Assembly: GCA_034520945.1 (NCBI GenBank)
Contig: JAXHNB010000006.1
Location: 192,001-256,000 of the forward strand
Length of the DNA: 64,000 nt
Origin: Trueperaceae bacterium
Lineage (GTDB): Bacteria > Deinococcota > Deinococci > Deinococcales > Trueperaceae
Direction of reading: 5' to 3'
The notes beneath the pieces are model-generated. The model ran no database searches and was not told where the DNA came from. It saw only the letters and a program-made list of their open reading frames with translations. The position numbers and the translations under genes were made by a program. Positions 48,525 to 61,939 of this stretch are shown piece by piece. Every line of letters begins with the position of its first letter. Position 1 is the stretch's first letter.

Positions 48525-48616
48525 TTGGTTCCAAAAAATTCGAGGATCTATGCAGATATTGCCGGCTGTGAGCGTTAAATGGTATGCAACCAATGTGAAC
48601 CAATCGTCCGTTGGTT
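48525..48616. promoter_or_regulatory. AT-rich divergent promoter region with several TGGT/ACCA half-site arrangements (putative GntR/FadR operators)
   Basis: TTGG-TT-CCAA (48525-48534), TGGT-atgca-ACCA (48580-48592), AACCAA-N7-TTGGTT (48598-48616). Confidence 0.5.
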
Positions 48617-48653
48617 TCGTGTGTTCAGGTGGCGCCTCGCTTCGGGGGCGTGC

Positions 48654-49355
48654 ATGAGCGCGCCTCGTCCCCGTGAGCAGGTGCTGGCGACCCTGCGCGC
48701 GCAGTTCGCGGAACAGCGGTTTCGGCCCGGCGACCGGCTCCCGCCGGAGCGCACGTTGGCGGCCGAACTCGGCGTGAGCCGGGCCGTGCTCCGTGGCGCC
48801 CTCGCGGTGCTGGAGGCGGAGGGACGGATCTGGCGCGGTGTCGGGCAGGGCACGTTCGTGGGGGGGCGACCGGTCGACGCGCCCGACCGGGTGGCCGACG
48901 TCGCGGACCTCACCAGCCCGGCGGAGGTGATGGAGGTTCGCCTGGCGCTCGAACCGGAGCTGGCCCGGCTGGCTGCGCACCGCGCCAACAACCGTGAACT
49001 GGACGAGGTCGCACGGTGTTGCGGCAAGGCCGCCAGCGCGCGCACGCAAGGAACCTACGAGCAGTGGGACGGACGCTTCCACCACGCCATCGCGACGGCG
49101 GCCCACAACCGCCTGTTCCTGGCATTGTTCGAAGCGCTGAACGCGGTTCGGACGCACACCGCCTGGGGACGGGCGCGCGAGGCGCGCCGCTCCGCCTCGT
49201 GGCAGCGCCGCACCGCGAAGCAGCACGACGAGATCCTCCAGGCGCTACGGCGCCGCAACGCCGCCGCCGCCCAAGCGCTGATGCGTACGCACCTCGAGGC
49301 CGTTCGCGAGCACCTGCTGGACGCAGAGGGCGCACGCATCGACGCCGCCAATTGA
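48654..49355 (+). CDS. GntR family transcriptional regulator, FadR subfamily (FCD domain)
   Basis: PGDRLPPERTLAAELGVSR..LR.AL..LE.EG...GQGTFV; D..FH..IA...HN, H..I. ATG 48654. Confidence 0.92.
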   Translation: MSAPRPREQVLATLRAQFAEQRFRPGDRLPPERTLAAELGVSRAVLRGALAVLEAEGRIWRGVGQGTFVGGRPVDAPDRVADVADLTSPAEVMEVRLALEPELARLAAHRANNRELDEVARCCGKAASARTQGTYEQWDGRFHHAIATAAHNRLFLALFEALNAVRTHTAWGRAREARRSASWQRRTAKQHDEILQALRRRNAAAAQALMRTHLEAVREHLLDAEGARIDAAN

Positions 49356-49380
49356 CGCTCTGGACGCCGAAAGGGCCTGC

Positions 49381-50196
49381 ATGCCGATCTTCGTTCTTCT
49401 CCTCGGACTCCTGATCGCCGGCGCGTTCGCCGGGCTGCTCGCCGGCCTGCTCGGCATCGGCGGCGGCATCGTGATCGTGCCGGCGTTGTTCACGCTGTTC
49501 TCCGTGCTGGAGGTCGACCCGGCCGTGCGCATGCCGTTGGCCGTGGGCACCTCCCTGTCGACCATCATCGTGACCGCCACCATGTCGGCGCGGTCCCACT
49601 ACCACCGCGGGGCGGTCGATCTCGCGCTGCTGCGATCCTGGGCGCCGTGGATTCTCGTCGGCGTGATCATCGGTTCGGTCGTCGCGCGCTTCGCGCCGCA
49701 AGGGGTGATGTTGCTGGTGTTCGCCACCGTCGCCCTGATCGTGGCGGGCTACATGGCGTTGGCGCCGGAGGGCGTGCGCCTGGCCGACGACCTGCCGCGC
49801 GGACCGGTGCGGTGGGTGATCGCCAGCCTGATCGGCGGCGTGTCGTCGATCATGGGGATCGGCGGTGGCACGCTCTCGGTGCCGACCTTGACGCTGTGCA
49901 GCTACCCCGTGCGTCGCGCGGTGGGCACGGGCGCGGCGATCGGCCTGCTGATCGCGGTTCCGGCGACGGTGGGCATGATGGCGGCCGGTTGGGGCCGGGT
50001 CGGACTGCCCACGGGCAGCATCGGCTTCGTCAACGTGCTCGGGTTCGCGGTGCTGGTGCCGATGACGGCGCTGATGGCGCCCGTCGGGGTCCGGTTGGCC
50101 CACCGGATCCCGCCCCGTTGGCTCCGGCGGGCCTTCGCGGCGTTTCTGTTGCTCACCGCGCTGCGCATGTACGCGGACTGGTTCGCGTTGGCGTGA
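49381..50196 (+). CDS. TauE/SafE (TSUP) family exporter
   Basis: AGLLGIGGG...VP and MGIGGG...VP duplicated motifs, AVGTS. Confidence 0.9.
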   Translation: MPIFVLLLGLLIAGAFAGLLAGLLGIGGGIVIVPALFTLFSVLEVDPAVRMPLAVGTSLSTIIVTATMSARSHYHRGAVDLALLRSWAPWILVGVIIGSVVARFAPQGVMLLVFATVALIVAGYMALAPEGVRLADDLPRGPVRWVIASLIGGVSSIMGIGGGTLSVPTLTLCSYPVRRAVGTGAAIGLLIAVPATVGMMAAGWGRVGLPTGSIGFVNVLGFAVLVPMTALMAPVGVRLAHRIPPRWLRRAFAAFLLLTALRMYADWFALA

Positions 50197-50256
50197 CGGG
50201 GCGCGGCGCACGGCCGCCGCTCGCCCCGAAGGTCCGGCAGCCACGACCGATGCGCG

Positions 50257-50284
50257 AAAAGGGCGCGGCCATTCGGCCGCGCCC
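50257..50284 (-). terminator. Intrinsic terminator downstream of hppA
   Basis: Perfect 10-bp stem gggcgcggcc-attc-ggccgcgccc followed by TTTT on the minus strand. Confidence 0.75.
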
Positions 50285-50316
50285 CTCCTACGTGCGATGC
50301 GGCGGACGCCCGGGCG

Positions 50317-52398
<2,082 letters not shown>

Positions 52399-52583
52399 GG
52401 GGCCTCCAAGCGGGGTTCGAACCCCTCACGATCGACGGACCGTTTTTCTCCTTCGCGTCGGAGGCGGGTCCGTCGTCGCTCGGGTCGTCGGCGGCATGCT
52501 ATCACGCCTGTCACGCCCTGGACGCGCGTCCAGGACGCCCCAGGTCGCAGGCGCCGGCACGCGCCCGTGGCTGCCCCCCGGCG

Positions 52584-55500
52584 TCAGTCGGCGGGGCTGG
52601 CTGTGCCGGCCGTGCCGCGTTTCGTCGCGTCGCGCCCCGGTGGCTCGGGGCTGCCGGTGCGGAAGCGGCGACGTTCGAAGCGGTAGAACGCCGCTGGCAC
52701 GACGAACAGGGTCAGAAAGGTCGACGACACCACACCGCCCGTGATGACCAGGCCGAGGGGCCGGCGGAACTCGGCGCCTTCACCCAGACCCAGCAGGAGC
52801 GGCACGCTGATGATCACCACGGTCGACGCCGTCATCAGGATTGGCCGGAGCCTGAGGCGGCCCGCGCGGACCAGCGCCTGTTCCAGCGTCTCTCCCTCCT
52901 CCAGTCCGCTGACCACGACGTCCAGCAACAAAATCGCGTTCTTGGTGACCAGGCCGATCAGGATCACCACCCCCAGCACGCTGATCACGTCCAGGGCCGT
53001 GCCGGTGAGGAAGAACAGCCAGAAGGCGCCCACCAGCGCCAGCGGGACCGTCGCCAGCAGGTACAAGGGGTAGGTGAAGCTGTTGAACTGGCTGGCGATC
53101 ACCAGGTAGTTCAGCGCCAGCGCCAGCGCGAACGCGATCGGACCGTAGAACGCCAGGTCGCCCAACAGGTCGGGCCCCACACCGGTCGTCACCTGGACCT
53201 GGTCGTCGGTGATCCCCTGCTCGGCGAAGGCCTGCTCCAACTCGCTGCGGACCTGGAACTGTCCGGGCGAACCGGGCACGAGGTCCGCCTCCAGGGTGGC
53301 GATGTAGGCCTGGTTGGCGCGGTCGATCGAGAGCGGCCCTGCCTGCACGCGAAATCCGCCTATCGCCCCCAGGGGAAGCCAACTCCGTAGCGCCGGGGCG
53401 TAGATCGGCAGGCTGAGCAGCGACTGCTCGTCCGTGATGGAGCGAGGATCGCCGCGCACGACGATGGGGACCTCCTGGCCCCCGGCGCGGAGCGTGCTCG
53501 CCCGCGTGCCGACGGCGTAGTTGCGCAGCGTGGCGCCCACCTCGGCGACGCTCAGGCCGGTCCCGGAGAGGCCGGACGGGTCGGGCTCGAAGACGCGCTC
53601 GGTGACCGTGCCTTCGAGGGAGGAGGCGACGTTTCGCAGCCAGGGATGGTCCCGCATCACCGCGCGGGCCCGTTGGTCGCGGGCCTCGAGAAGATCGCGG
53701 TCGTTCGCGCGGAGGCTGAGCGACAGCCCGGTCTCGACCGGCACGGCGCCGCCGTCGTCGCTTCCCACCGACACGTCGGCCTCGGGGGCGATCTGGGCCA
53801 GGTGCGATTCGATCCGGGGCCTCAGCGTGTCCGCGATGTCGAACGACGATCGCGTTCGTTGCGCCAGGGGCGCCAACTCGAGCGTCAACGTGGATCGTTG
53901 GGCGTCGGCGGTGCCCAACAGCCCGCCGCTGCCGACCCGCGCGACGACCTGATCGACCCCGGGCTCGCTGCGGACCAGGCGCTCGACCCCCGCGGACACC
54001 ACGTCGGTACGTTCCAGCGGCGTGCCGGGCGGCAGCTCGATCGATACGTTCACCACGCCCGCATCCACGTCGGAGACGAAGTTGAACTGGGTGCGGGGCA
54101 CCACGAACGCCAGACTGGCCACCAGCGCCACGGCCGTCAGCAGGATCGCCAGACTTCCTTTCGGCGTCAGCACGCGAGCCAGCGCCGTGGCATAGCGGTC
54201 GCGAAGGCCACGCACGCCCGCGTCGGTGGCGCGGTGCAGGGTTCCCAACACCGCGCCCAGCATGGTGGTGACGATGCGGAGCGGGAACCCCAGCAGCGGC
54301 CGAAGCCACGGCAGCGCGGCCGCGGCGGCCATGCCGGCGACGGCGAGCATCAGCGCCGCCGCGGCGCCCGCCTCGAGCGACAGCGCCCCGCTGAGGAGCC
54401 CCCCGCGCGCGCCGTCCGCTGCGCCCGCCGCCGCCAGCGTGAAGGCCAGCACGCCCAGCCAACGACGCTGGTAGGCGCGCAGCGCGGCGTGGACGTCGCG
54501 CGGCCAGGCGCCGAGCGTCGTGCCCACGTCGGACCAGCTCGGCGGGTACGGGTCGGGCAGGTAGGCCAGCCGGACCGTCAGAAAGAACATCGCCTCCAGG
54601 TAGCTGACGAAGATGGTGGCGGCCAGCGCGAGCCCGAACTGGCTGAAGAACTGCCCGACGAGTCCGGGCAGGAACGCGATGGGGAGGAACACCGCCAGCA
54701 GTGACAGCGTGGCGCTCAACACGGCCGTGGCGACCTCGCCTGCGCCCCGGAACACCGAGGTCATCAGGTCCAGCCCTTTGGCGCGCCAGCGCGCCACGTT
54801 CTCGGTGATCACGATCGAGTCGTCCACCACCAGCCCGACCGCCACCGTGATGGCCAGCAGCGTGACGGTGTTGAAGGTGAACCCGAGCAGCCCGAAGATG
54901 ATGATCGCACCGGTGAGCGTGATGGGGATGGCGATCACCACGCTGCCGGTGGATCCGAGCCGGCCGATGAACAACGACACCACCAGGGCGACCGCCAGCA
55001 CGGCCAGGCCGGTCTCGCGCAGCGTGTCCCGCACCGAGTTCTCGACGAACACGGAGGTGTCGCCGACCACGGCGACGGAGACGCCGCTGGGAAGGTCGAG
55101 CGCCGGCAGGCGCGCCTTCAGGTCACGGGCGGTCTGAACCGTGTTGGCGCCGGACGTCTTGCGGACCTCGAGCACGATCACCGCTTCGCCGTCCAGGCGC
55201 GTGAAGGCGTCGGGATCGGCGGCCGTGTCCACCACGCGGGCCACGTCCCGCACGCGCACGCCGCGCGCGGGATCGACGATCGTGTCCGCGATGTCGTCGG
55301 CCGAGGACGGGCGGCTGCGGATGGACAACAGGATCCGCTCGCCACCGACGTTCAACGACCCTGCCGGAAGTTCGGCGCTGGCCGCGGCGATCGCGTCGGC
55401 CACCTGGCGGACACCGAGGTCGAAGGCCTCGAGCTCCGAGGGGTCGGCCAGCACCTGGATTTCCCGCGTCACCGGCCCCACCACGGCGACGTCGGCGACG

Positions 55501-56012
55501 CCGTTCACGCGCTGCAACGACGGCTCGACGCGCGACTCCGCGATCTCCTGCAACTCCTCCAGCCGCAGGCCCGGGCCGGTGACGGCCAGGGAGAGGATCG
55601 GCTCGTCGTTGGGGTCGAACTTCTGCACCACCGGCGCGTCGGCGTCCTCGGGAAGGTCGCCGCTGATGCCGTCCACGCGTTGCTTCACGTCGATGGCGGC
55701 CTGATCGACGTCGACGGCGTACTCGAACTGTGCGATCACGAAGCTGAAGCCCTCGCCGCTGAAGCTGCTCACGTCCGTGACGCCGGGCACGGTGGTGACC
55801 GCGTCCTCGATCGGCTCGCTGACCTGCTCGGCGGTCTCTTGTGAGCCCGCCCCGACGTAGGTGGTGTTGATCGATACGATCGGCACGTCGAACTCCGGCA
55901 ACAGGTCGATGCCCAAGCGGGTCGCGGCGGAGAGGCCGAACAGCACGATCGCCAGGAACAGCGCGATCGAGAACACGTAGCGCCTCACGAAGAAGCGGAT
56001 CAGCCCGCTCAC
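52584..56012 (-). CDS. RND efflux permease (AcrB/HAE1-like)
   Basis: LLPEFDVP, GLVVDDSIV, LVTKNAILL, RLRPILMT, LTLFVVP. Confidence 0.92.
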   Translation of the reverse strand: MSGLIRFFVRRYVFSIALFLAIVLFGLSAATRLGIDLLPEFDVPIVSINTTYVGAGSQETAEQVSEPIEDAVTTVPGVTDVSSFSGEGFSFVIAQFEYAVDVDQAAIDVKQRVDGISGDLPEDADAPVVQKFDPNDEPILSLAVTGPGLRLEELQEIAESRVEPSLQRVNGVADVAVVGPVTREIQVLADPSELEAFDLGVRQVADAIAAASAELPAGSLNVGGERILLSIRSRPSSADDIADTIVDPARGVRVRDVARVVDTAADPDAFTRLDGEAVIVLEVRKTSGANTVQTARDLKARLPALDLPSGVSVAVVGDTSVFVENSVRDTLRETGLAVLAVALVVSLFIGRLGSTGSVVIAIPITLTGAIIIFGLLGFTFNTVTLLAITVAVGLVVDDSIVITENVARWRAKGLDLMTSVFRGAGEVATAVLSATLSLLAVFLPIAFLPGLVGQFFSQFGLALAATIFVSYLEAMFFLTVRLAYLPDPYPPSWSDVGTTLGAWPRDVHAALRAYQRRWLGVLAFTLAAAGAADGARGGLLSGALSLEAGAAAALMLAVAGMAAAAALPWLRPLLGFPLRIVTTMLGAVLGTLHRATDAGVRGLRDRYATALARVLTPKGSLAILLTAVALVASLAFVVPRTQFNFVSDVDAGVVNVSIELPPGTPLERTDVVSAGVERLVRSEPGVDQVVARVGSGGLLGTADAQRSTLTLELAPLAQRTRSSFDIADTLRPRIESHLAQIAPEADVSVGSDDGGAVPVETGLSLSLRANDRDLLEARDQRARAVMRDHPWLRNVASSLEGTVTERVFEPDPSGLSGTGLSVAEVGATLRNYAVGTRASTLRAGGQEVPIVVRGDPRSITDEQSLLSLPIYAPALRSWLPLGAIGGFRVQAGPLSIDRANQAYIATLEADLVPGSPGQFQVRSELEQAFAEQGITDDQVQVTTGVGPDLLGDLAFYGPIAFALALALNYLVIASQFNSFTYPLYLLATVPLALVGAFWLFFLTGTALDVISVLGVVILIGLVTKNAILLLDVVVSGLEEGETLEQALVRAGRLRLRPILMTASTVVIISVPLLLGLGEGAEFRRPLGLVITGGVVSSTFLTLFVVPAAFYRFERRRFRTGSPEPPGRDATKRGTAGTASPAD

Positions 56013-57247
56013 GGTGCGACCTGGACCCGGCTGCCCTCACGCACGTCGAGGGGGCGGGGGTGGATCACGACGTCGTCTTCGTCCAGGCCGCGGACCGCGG
56101 CCGTGCCGCCCGCCTCGGCCAGGACCTCCACGGCCACGCGGGTGGCGACGCCGTCCCGGACGAGGTAGACCCAGGTGCCGCCCGCCTCGGCCGCGATGGC
56201 GCCGGAGGGGATCCGCATGCCCTCCGCGAGGGGCAGGCGATAGCGCACCTCGCCCACGACGCCGTTGGGCAGGTCGCTGGCGTCGTCGGCCTCGATGCGG
56301 CCGGTGAGGCGTACCTGACGCGGCCGTTCCGCCTGCCGCGAGGAGGCCACGATCTCGGCCGGCAGTTCGCGCCCCGCATACCGGAGCGTCACCGTGCCCG
56401 TAGCCCGCAGGCGGGCGGCATCCTCGGGGGGTACGTCCAGCACGATCTCGCGCGCATCCACGCTCTGGAGTCGGAACGCCCGCACCCCGGGCGCGGCCTG
56501 CTCGCCGACCTCGAGATACAGCTCTGCGACCTCGCCCGTGAAGGGTGCCACGATGAGGGTGTCCTCCACCGCGTCCTCGGCCTGCTCCACCTGCACCTGA
56601 GCACGCTCGAGTTGCAGCGCCAGCAACGCGACGTCCTCGCTCTCGCCGCGCCGGGCCCGCGCCAGGGCGTCCCGCGCCTGCACGGCCTGGGACTCGGCCT
56701 GCTCGAGCTGCACGCGCAGGTCGCTCAGATCGCGCCGCGCCGCACCGCCCGCCGCGACGAGGGCCTCGAGGTCCGCCACCCGGTCGCGAAGCGCCGCTAC
56801 GTTGGACTCGGCGGCCCGCAGCGAGGCGCGGGCCTGCGCGGCGCTCTCGTCGTTGGCGCGGCTGGCCCGCTCCAGCTCGATCTCGGCCTGGCGGAGGGAC
56901 AGGCGGGCCGTGCGGAGCTGCTGCGTGGCCTGGGTATCGTCGGTGATCACGACCGGGTCCCCGGCCGCCACCAGATCGCCGGGGCGCGCCTCGACCCGTT
57001 CGACCCGCCCCGAAGCGTTGCTGGCCACGATGGCGTCCTGAAGGGGCCGGACGGTGGCGCTGACGCTCCGGGTCGCCTCCAGCGTGCCCTGGGTGGGCCG
57101 AACGGTACGCACGGTGCGCGGCGCCTCGACCTCCTCGCGCTGGGCGGCGGCGCGCTCGTTCGTCCCGTCCGTGTTGGAGGTTCCCTCCGGGCTGCCGCAC
57201 GCGCTCAGCGCCAGGAGCAAGGTGGCGATCCGGGCGATCCTGGACAC
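56009..57247 (-). CDS. RND periplasmic adaptor (membrane fusion protein), lipoprotein
   Basis: LLLALSAC lipobox, SGRV...PGD.V..G, long coiled coil, I.APFTG.V. Start GTG 57247 or ATG 57301. Confidence 0.88.
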   Translation of the reverse strand: MSRIARIATLLLALSACGSPEGTSNTDGTNERAAAQREEVEAPRTVRTVRPTQGTLEATRSVSATVRPLQDAIVASNASGRVERVEARPGDLVAAGDPVVITDDTQATQQLRTARLSLRQAEIELERASRANDESAAQARASLRAAESNVAALRDRVADLEALVAAGGAARRDLSDLRVQLEQAESQAVQARDALARARRGESEDVALLALQLERAQVQVEQAEDAVEDTLIVAPFTGEVAELYLEVGEQAAPGVRAFRLQSVDAREIVLDVPPEDAARLRATGTVTLRYAGRELPAEIVASSRQAERPRQVRLTGRIEADDASDLPNGVVGEVRYRLPLAEGMRIPSGAIAAEAGGTWVYLVRDGVATRVAVEVLAEAGGTAAVRGLDEDDVVIHPRPLDVREGSRVQVAP

Positions 57248-57290
57248 GCGTCGGCCGCGCACCGAGCCCCAGCGAAGGGCGGGCCGAACG

Positions 57291-58313
57291 TCAGAAGCCA
57301 TCGAGCCCGTCCAGCGGGATGCCGGCGTCCGCCTGCAGGTCGAACAGGGCCCGCACCACGTCGTGCACCGCCGTGCGTTCGGCCACCTCGGCCTGCCGGG
57401 TCGCGAGGCGCGTCGAGTCGAACGAGATCTCGGCGATGAGGCCGGCCTCGAGCCGTTGGCGGTCGATCTCTTCCTGGTCGAGGGCGTTGGCGCGCGCGTC
57501 GCGGGCGACCGCGAGCGCTTCGCGGGCGGAGGCGACCCGGTCCCGCAGGCTCTGCAGCTGCAGGATCAGTCCGCGCCGCGTCTCGCGGAGCGCCTCTTCG
57601 GCCTGAGCGATGCGTAGCTCGGCCTGATCGATGTCGCGCCGGGGGGCGTAGCTGGGATCCAGCACCTCCCGGGACGCCTCGGCGAGGGCCAGGCGGTGGC
57701 GCGCCTGCAGCAGGGTAGGCGCCTCCTCGAGCCGCGCGTGCAGGGTGTCATCATTGGGGATGGGCGTGTCGATCCACGCGTCGGGGACGGGCTCGAGGTC
57801 GTCGGCGGGCATGCCGATGAGCGACGCCAGCGAGGTGCGGGCGAGGTCCAGGCCCTGCCGCGCGTCGGTGGCCTGGTTTCGGGCATCCGCCAGCTCGTTT
57901 TCGGCCTCACGGACCTCGAGGGCCGTGCCCGCACCACGCTCGACGCGGATGCGGGCGATCTCGAGGCTGCGTTCGGCCAGGGCGACGCCCATCTCGGCCA
58001 CGGCGTGCTGGCGCTCCACCGCCAACACCTGCATGTAGGCGTCGGCGATCTCGGCGTAGGCCCCGAAGCGCGCCGACCGAAGTTCGGCCGCGGCCAGTTC
58101 CGCGGTCTGGGCGGCTTGGAGCCGGTCGATGCGGAGTGCCAGCGGGTCAGCTTCGGTCCGCTGGCGGGTGCGCTCGGCGTCGTCCAGCTCCAGCTGGGCG
58201 TTCACGACCGCGGTACGAGACGCGGCCGCCTGGAGGGCCCCAGGGAGGTCCAGGGCGGCGGCGTGCGAGGCGAACAAAAGGGTCAGCAGGGCCAGGGTGC
58301 GGATCGCGATCAC
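57291..58313 (-). CDS. TolC-like outer-membrane efflux protein (short)
   Basis: Signal peptide, AY..VL, RVERGAGT..E, RLEAGLI; helical repeats. Confidence 0.75.
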   Translation of the reverse strand: MIAIRTLALLTLLFASHAAALDLPGALQAAASRTAVVNAQLELDDAERTRQRTEADPLALRIDRLQAAQTAELAAAELRSARFGAYAEIADAYMQVLAVERQHAVAEMGVALAERSLEIARIRVERGAGTALEVREAENELADARNQATDARQGLDLARTSLASLIGMPADDLEPVPDAWIDTPIPNDDTLHARLEEAPTLLQARHRLALAEASREVLDPSYAPRRDIDQAELRIAQAEEALRETRRGLILQLQSLRDRVASAREALAVARDARANALDQEEIDRQRLEAGLIAEISFDSTRLATRQAEVAERTAVHDVVRALFDLQADAGIPLDGLDGF

Positions 58314-59716
58314 GGGAGGACCTCCGAGAGGGGCACGGCGAGTTCGAGGTAGGCGCGCAACTGCGCGGACAGGCGTTGGTCATGGGCGGAGGCGAGGGCG
58401 AGCGCCGCCTGCCGGGCAGCCACCTCGGCCCGCCGAACCTCCAGCGGGGAGGTCAGTCCGAGTTCCTCGCGGCGCCGCGCGTCGTCGGCCTCGGCGCGCG
58501 CCAGGGCGAGATCCTGCTCGGCCAGCGCCACCTCCGCCCGCGCCGCCCGCGCCGCCTCCTGGCGGTCGGCGCGGGCCAAGTCCGCCTCCCGCCGGGCAGC
58601 CTGCATCCCGGCTTCGGCGGCCGCGCGGCGGGCCTGGGCGGCATCGCGGGCGGCGAACGGTTCGCCGCCGAAGGCGACGGAGAGGCCGACCGAGAGGGTG
58701 CTGTCCACGCGCGGTTCGATCCCTTCGGGCACGTCGACGTCGGCGGTCGCGCCGCTGAAGCTGCCGGGCGTGGCGTACGACACGGTCGGTTGGAAGGTGC
58801 GGCTCTCCAGCGACAGGCTCAGTGAGCCGTCCCCGGTGTTCCAGGCGTAGCTCGCCTGGGCGGTGGGCAGCAGGTCGCGCTCGGCGCCGCGGACGGCCAG
58901 CTGGGCCATCGCCAGGTCGTGCGCCGCATCCTGCACTTCGGGGGGAACGCCGCCGACGTCGGGCACCTCGGGAATGCCGGCGAGGCCCCGGTCGGGCCCG
59001 ACCAGCGCCTCCAAACGCCGCACGGCCTCGTCGCGTCGGGCTTCGGCGCTGCGACGCCGCTGTTCGGCGCGCGCCAGTTCCAGCGCCGCCCGTTGCTGGT
59101 CGCGCTCGCTGGCTGCGCCCAGGCGCGCCCGGGTGCGTGTGGCGTCACGCGCCCCGCGCGCGACCTCCAGGGCCCGCTCGGCGACGCGGACGCCCTCCTC
59201 GGCCATCCAGGTGGCGCTGGCGGCCTGCAGCGCGCGCGCCTCCAGCATGGCGCGCATCTCGCGGCGTCGCCGCTCGGCCTGCACGACGGCCAGGCGTCGC
59301 TGTGCCTCCAGATCGGACAGGTCGCCGACCAGGAACGGCCGCAGACGGGCCCGGACGGTGGCGCTGCGGGTCCATTCGTGATCTGGAACGGCGCCAAGGA
59401 CCTCGTCGGGCACGCCAGGATCCGCGTCGACGGAGATGCTGGCGCGGGTGGCCCCCACCTCCGCCTCCAGCGAGACGGGGAAGCGTACGCCGTCGAGCTC
59501 GCGCCGGGCCGCCTCGACGGCGGCGCCCGCGGCACGCAGGCTGGGATGATCGTTCACGCCTGCCAACACGTGCAGCACGGCCTCCGCGCCGGGCCTCGGG
59601 GGCGATGCCTGCCCGAAGGCCGCCCCGGCCGTCAACGCCATGGCCACGGCCAAAACCGGCGCCCAGGAGCGCGCGCCACGCGTGGGGGCGGGTGCCAGCG
59701 CGGTGCGTCCGGTCAC
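58310..59716 (-). CDS. TolC-like outer-membrane efflux protein
   Basis: Signal peptide, HPSLRAA, RARLGAAS, LLPT + beta segments, RREELGLTSPLE. Confidence 0.75.
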   Translation of the reverse strand: MTGRTALAPAPTRGARSWAPVLAVAMALTAGAAFGQASPPRPGAEAVLHVLAGVNDHPSLRAAGAAVEAARRELDGVRFPVSLEAEVGATRASISVDADPGVPDEVLGAVPDHEWTRSATVRARLRPFLVGDLSDLEAQRRLAVVQAERRRREMRAMLEARALQAASATWMAEEGVRVAERALEVARGARDATRTRARLGAASERDQQRAALELARAEQRRRSAEARRDEAVRRLEALVGPDRGLAGIPEVPDVGGVPPEVQDAAHDLAMAQLAVRGAERDLLPTAQASYAWNTGDGSLSLSLESRTFQPTVSYATPGSFSGATADVDVPEGIEPRVDSTLSVGLSVAFGGEPFAARDAAQARRAAAEAGMQAARREADLARADRQEAARAARAEVALAEQDLALARAEADDARRREELGLTSPLEVRRAEVAARQAALALASAHDQRLSAQLRAYLELAVPLSEVLP

Positions 59717-60201
59717 GTCGACCCCACCAGGACGCGGTAGATCCGGACGAGCTGTCGGAGGTCGTCGTCGCTCAACGCGTGGGTCTTGGCCCGCCCGGCC
59801 TCGAGCCAGGCCTGCGCGAAGCGCTCCGTCATGGCATCACCGTCGGGGGTCGGCTCGACCAGCACGCGGCGCCGATCGTCGGGATCGGGCCGCCGCTGCA
59901 CCAGTCCGCGGGCTTCGAGGTCGGCCAGCAGGTTCGACATCATCGGCGGTGGCGTGTCCAGCAGTTCGGCCAGTTGCTTCGGGGAGCGCGTGCCGGTCGT
60001 GATCATGCCCAGGACGAGGGCCTTCACGGGCGTGAACCCGAGCGGTTCGAACACGCGGACGGCCTCTTGGCGAAGCGACCACATCATCGGCAGCGTCAGT
60101 TCGCTCAGTTCGTGCAACAGGGCGTCACGCGTCGGGCGCCCCTGGGGGCCGGCGCCGATGTCGTCGGAGGAGGGCTGGGTCGTGGGCATGCCCGCCATCA
60201 T
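59713..60201 (-). CDS. MarR family transcriptional regulator
   Basis: QLAELL...LADLEARGLVQR.PDPDDRR; heads the efflux operon. Confidence 0.9.
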   Translation of the reverse strand: MMAGMPTTQPSSDDIGAGPQGRPTRDALLHELSELTLPMMWSLRQEAVRVFEPLGFTPVKALVLGMITTGTRSPKQLAELLDTPPPMMSNLLADLEARGLVQRRPDPDDRRRVLVEPTPDGDAMTERFAQAWLEAGRAKTHALSDDDLRQLVRIYRVLVGST

Positions 60202-60322
60202 GCGGCAGGGCCCGGTGCGTCACCGGACCCTGCGCGACATTCGTTTGGTTGTATGAACTATTGCCGAGCGTGAATCGTCGGCGGGGTGCGTTGCAGACGA
60301 GGTGCGCCCCGCGCCGGATCGC

Positions 60323-61702
<1,380 letters not shown>

Positions 61703-61939
61703 CGTGCGACCTCGCTTTCCATGGCTTTCCATGCCGCACACGCGGACCACACGGGCCACCCGGATGACGGGCGACACTCGTGCGCGCGTGGGCTCGTGAT
61801 GACTCGAATGGGACGCCGCTCACGCCGAAGCGCGTCGTTTCGGGACGATCGTCGTCCCCGTCCTGCCGAACCATAGCACGTACGCAGACGGGCTTCGTGC
61901 CCGGCGCGACACTGCTACCATTCCCTCCAGGAGGTCGAC

